This document shows, one piece after another, positions 14,356-14,855 of a stretch of 14,855 nt of DNA (position 1 is the stretch's first letter; each line of letters opens with the position of its first letter). Below the pieces are notes generated by a model, which worked only from the letters and a program-made list of their open reading frames with translations, was not told the DNA's origin and ran no database searches. The stretch lies in UHGV virus genome UHGV-1735138. One strand, written 5' to 3'. The translations under genes were made by a program, and so were the position numbers. This DNA comes from a virus.

Positions 14356-14855
14356 GTAGCGTTAAATCTTCAAATTCCAGCTTACCTGCGCCGTCGGCAA
14401 TAAATACACCATTCATTATCAGAAGTTGGCAAGCAAGGATTATCAGGAACCATTTTCCGTAGCGTTTTTTTAGAGCGATTTCAGCTTCAAAATCTTTGTT
14501 GTTGAGTTGTTTGCGCTCATGCTCGGTATCAAGTGAACTCACCTGTTTCACAGATGTGAACTCGGTCAAGATTTTACTCTCAGTACGGGTGACTTGTTGA
14601 GATGGTGTAGCAGTTGGAGTTCTTTTGCTAGACGCAGCTACAGCCATTTTGCGAGCTTCGGCAGCTCTTTTTCTGGCTATTCCGTGAATACGGACAGATG
14701 GTTTTTTGGGGTCGTGCGAAATCTTTTGCAGAGTTGAAGTTTCATCAGGGGACTGAACCGGAGTTTCATCGTCCTCCGGCTCAACCTCTTCTGCTAACTG
14801 ACGGTGTAGGTTGAGGGAATCCTTCAGTCGGCGTGCAACTTCCTGTTTGAAACGG
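14276..14855 (-). CDS. Membrane protein with two C-terminal TM helices; 5' end probably beyond the window
   Basis: Track ORF starts at M 14647, but the frame stays open upstream to the window edge (...RFKQEVARRLKDSLNLHRQLAEEVEPEDDE...); hydrophobic segments WFLIILACQLLIMNGVFIA and GGTLTEVFGLVLVVTKYLF. Confidence 0.5.
   Translation of the reverse strand, partial: RFKQEVARRLKDSLNLHRQLAEEVEPEDDETPVQSPDETSTLQKISHDPKKPSVRIHGIARKRAAEARKMAVAASSKRTPTATPSQQVTRTESKILTEFTSVKQVSSLDTEHERKQLNNKDFEAEIALKKRYGKWFLIILACQLLIMNGVFIADGAGKLEFEDLTLQLYMGGTLTEVFGLVLVVTKYLFKRK

Larger units (their letters stand above)
104..14855. mobile_element. Lambdoid (P22-like) prophage, left end at the tRNA 3' end; right end beyond the window
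   Basis: Integrase directly abuts the tRNA 3' end in opposite orientation; gene order int-xis, recombination genes, repressor/cro, O-like/DnaB-like follows lambdoid synteny. Confidence 0.8.

Noticed and set aside
14280-14462. Plus-strand ORF 14280..14462 (60 aa)
   Set aside because: Antisense to the membrane-protein gene, whose C-terminus is independently supported by the paralogous remnant.

Overview
This window appears to be the left end of a lambdoid (P22-like) prophage inserted next to a tRNA-Ser(CGA) gene; all calls are by eye from the sequence and ORF track, with no database search run. Left to right: tRNA-Ser (14-103); integrase and excisionase-like genes; a minus-strand early-left operon (65-aa ORF, CsrA-like ORF, Gp157-family protein, a 738-aa protein with a C-terminal Rad52-like annealing domain, a 109-aa ORF); an ORF-free GC-rich stretch of about 840 bp; an immunity region (137-aa HTH repressor, operators, P22-Cro-like gene); replication genes (O/gp18-like organizer with internal tandem repeats, DnaB-like helicase broken by an in-frame TAA); a run of small translationally coupled ORFs; and an AT-rich accessory region (10.9-14.3 kb) with a lipoprotein and an orphan 339-aa protein bracketed by roughly 140-bp direct repeats. 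The most interesting candidates are the accessory cassette, the CsrA-like ORF together with a repeated hairpin-plus-AGGAAAGACC start-site motif, and the long Rad52-like protein. Several features (broken helicase, decayed gene junctions) suggest a defective prophage.
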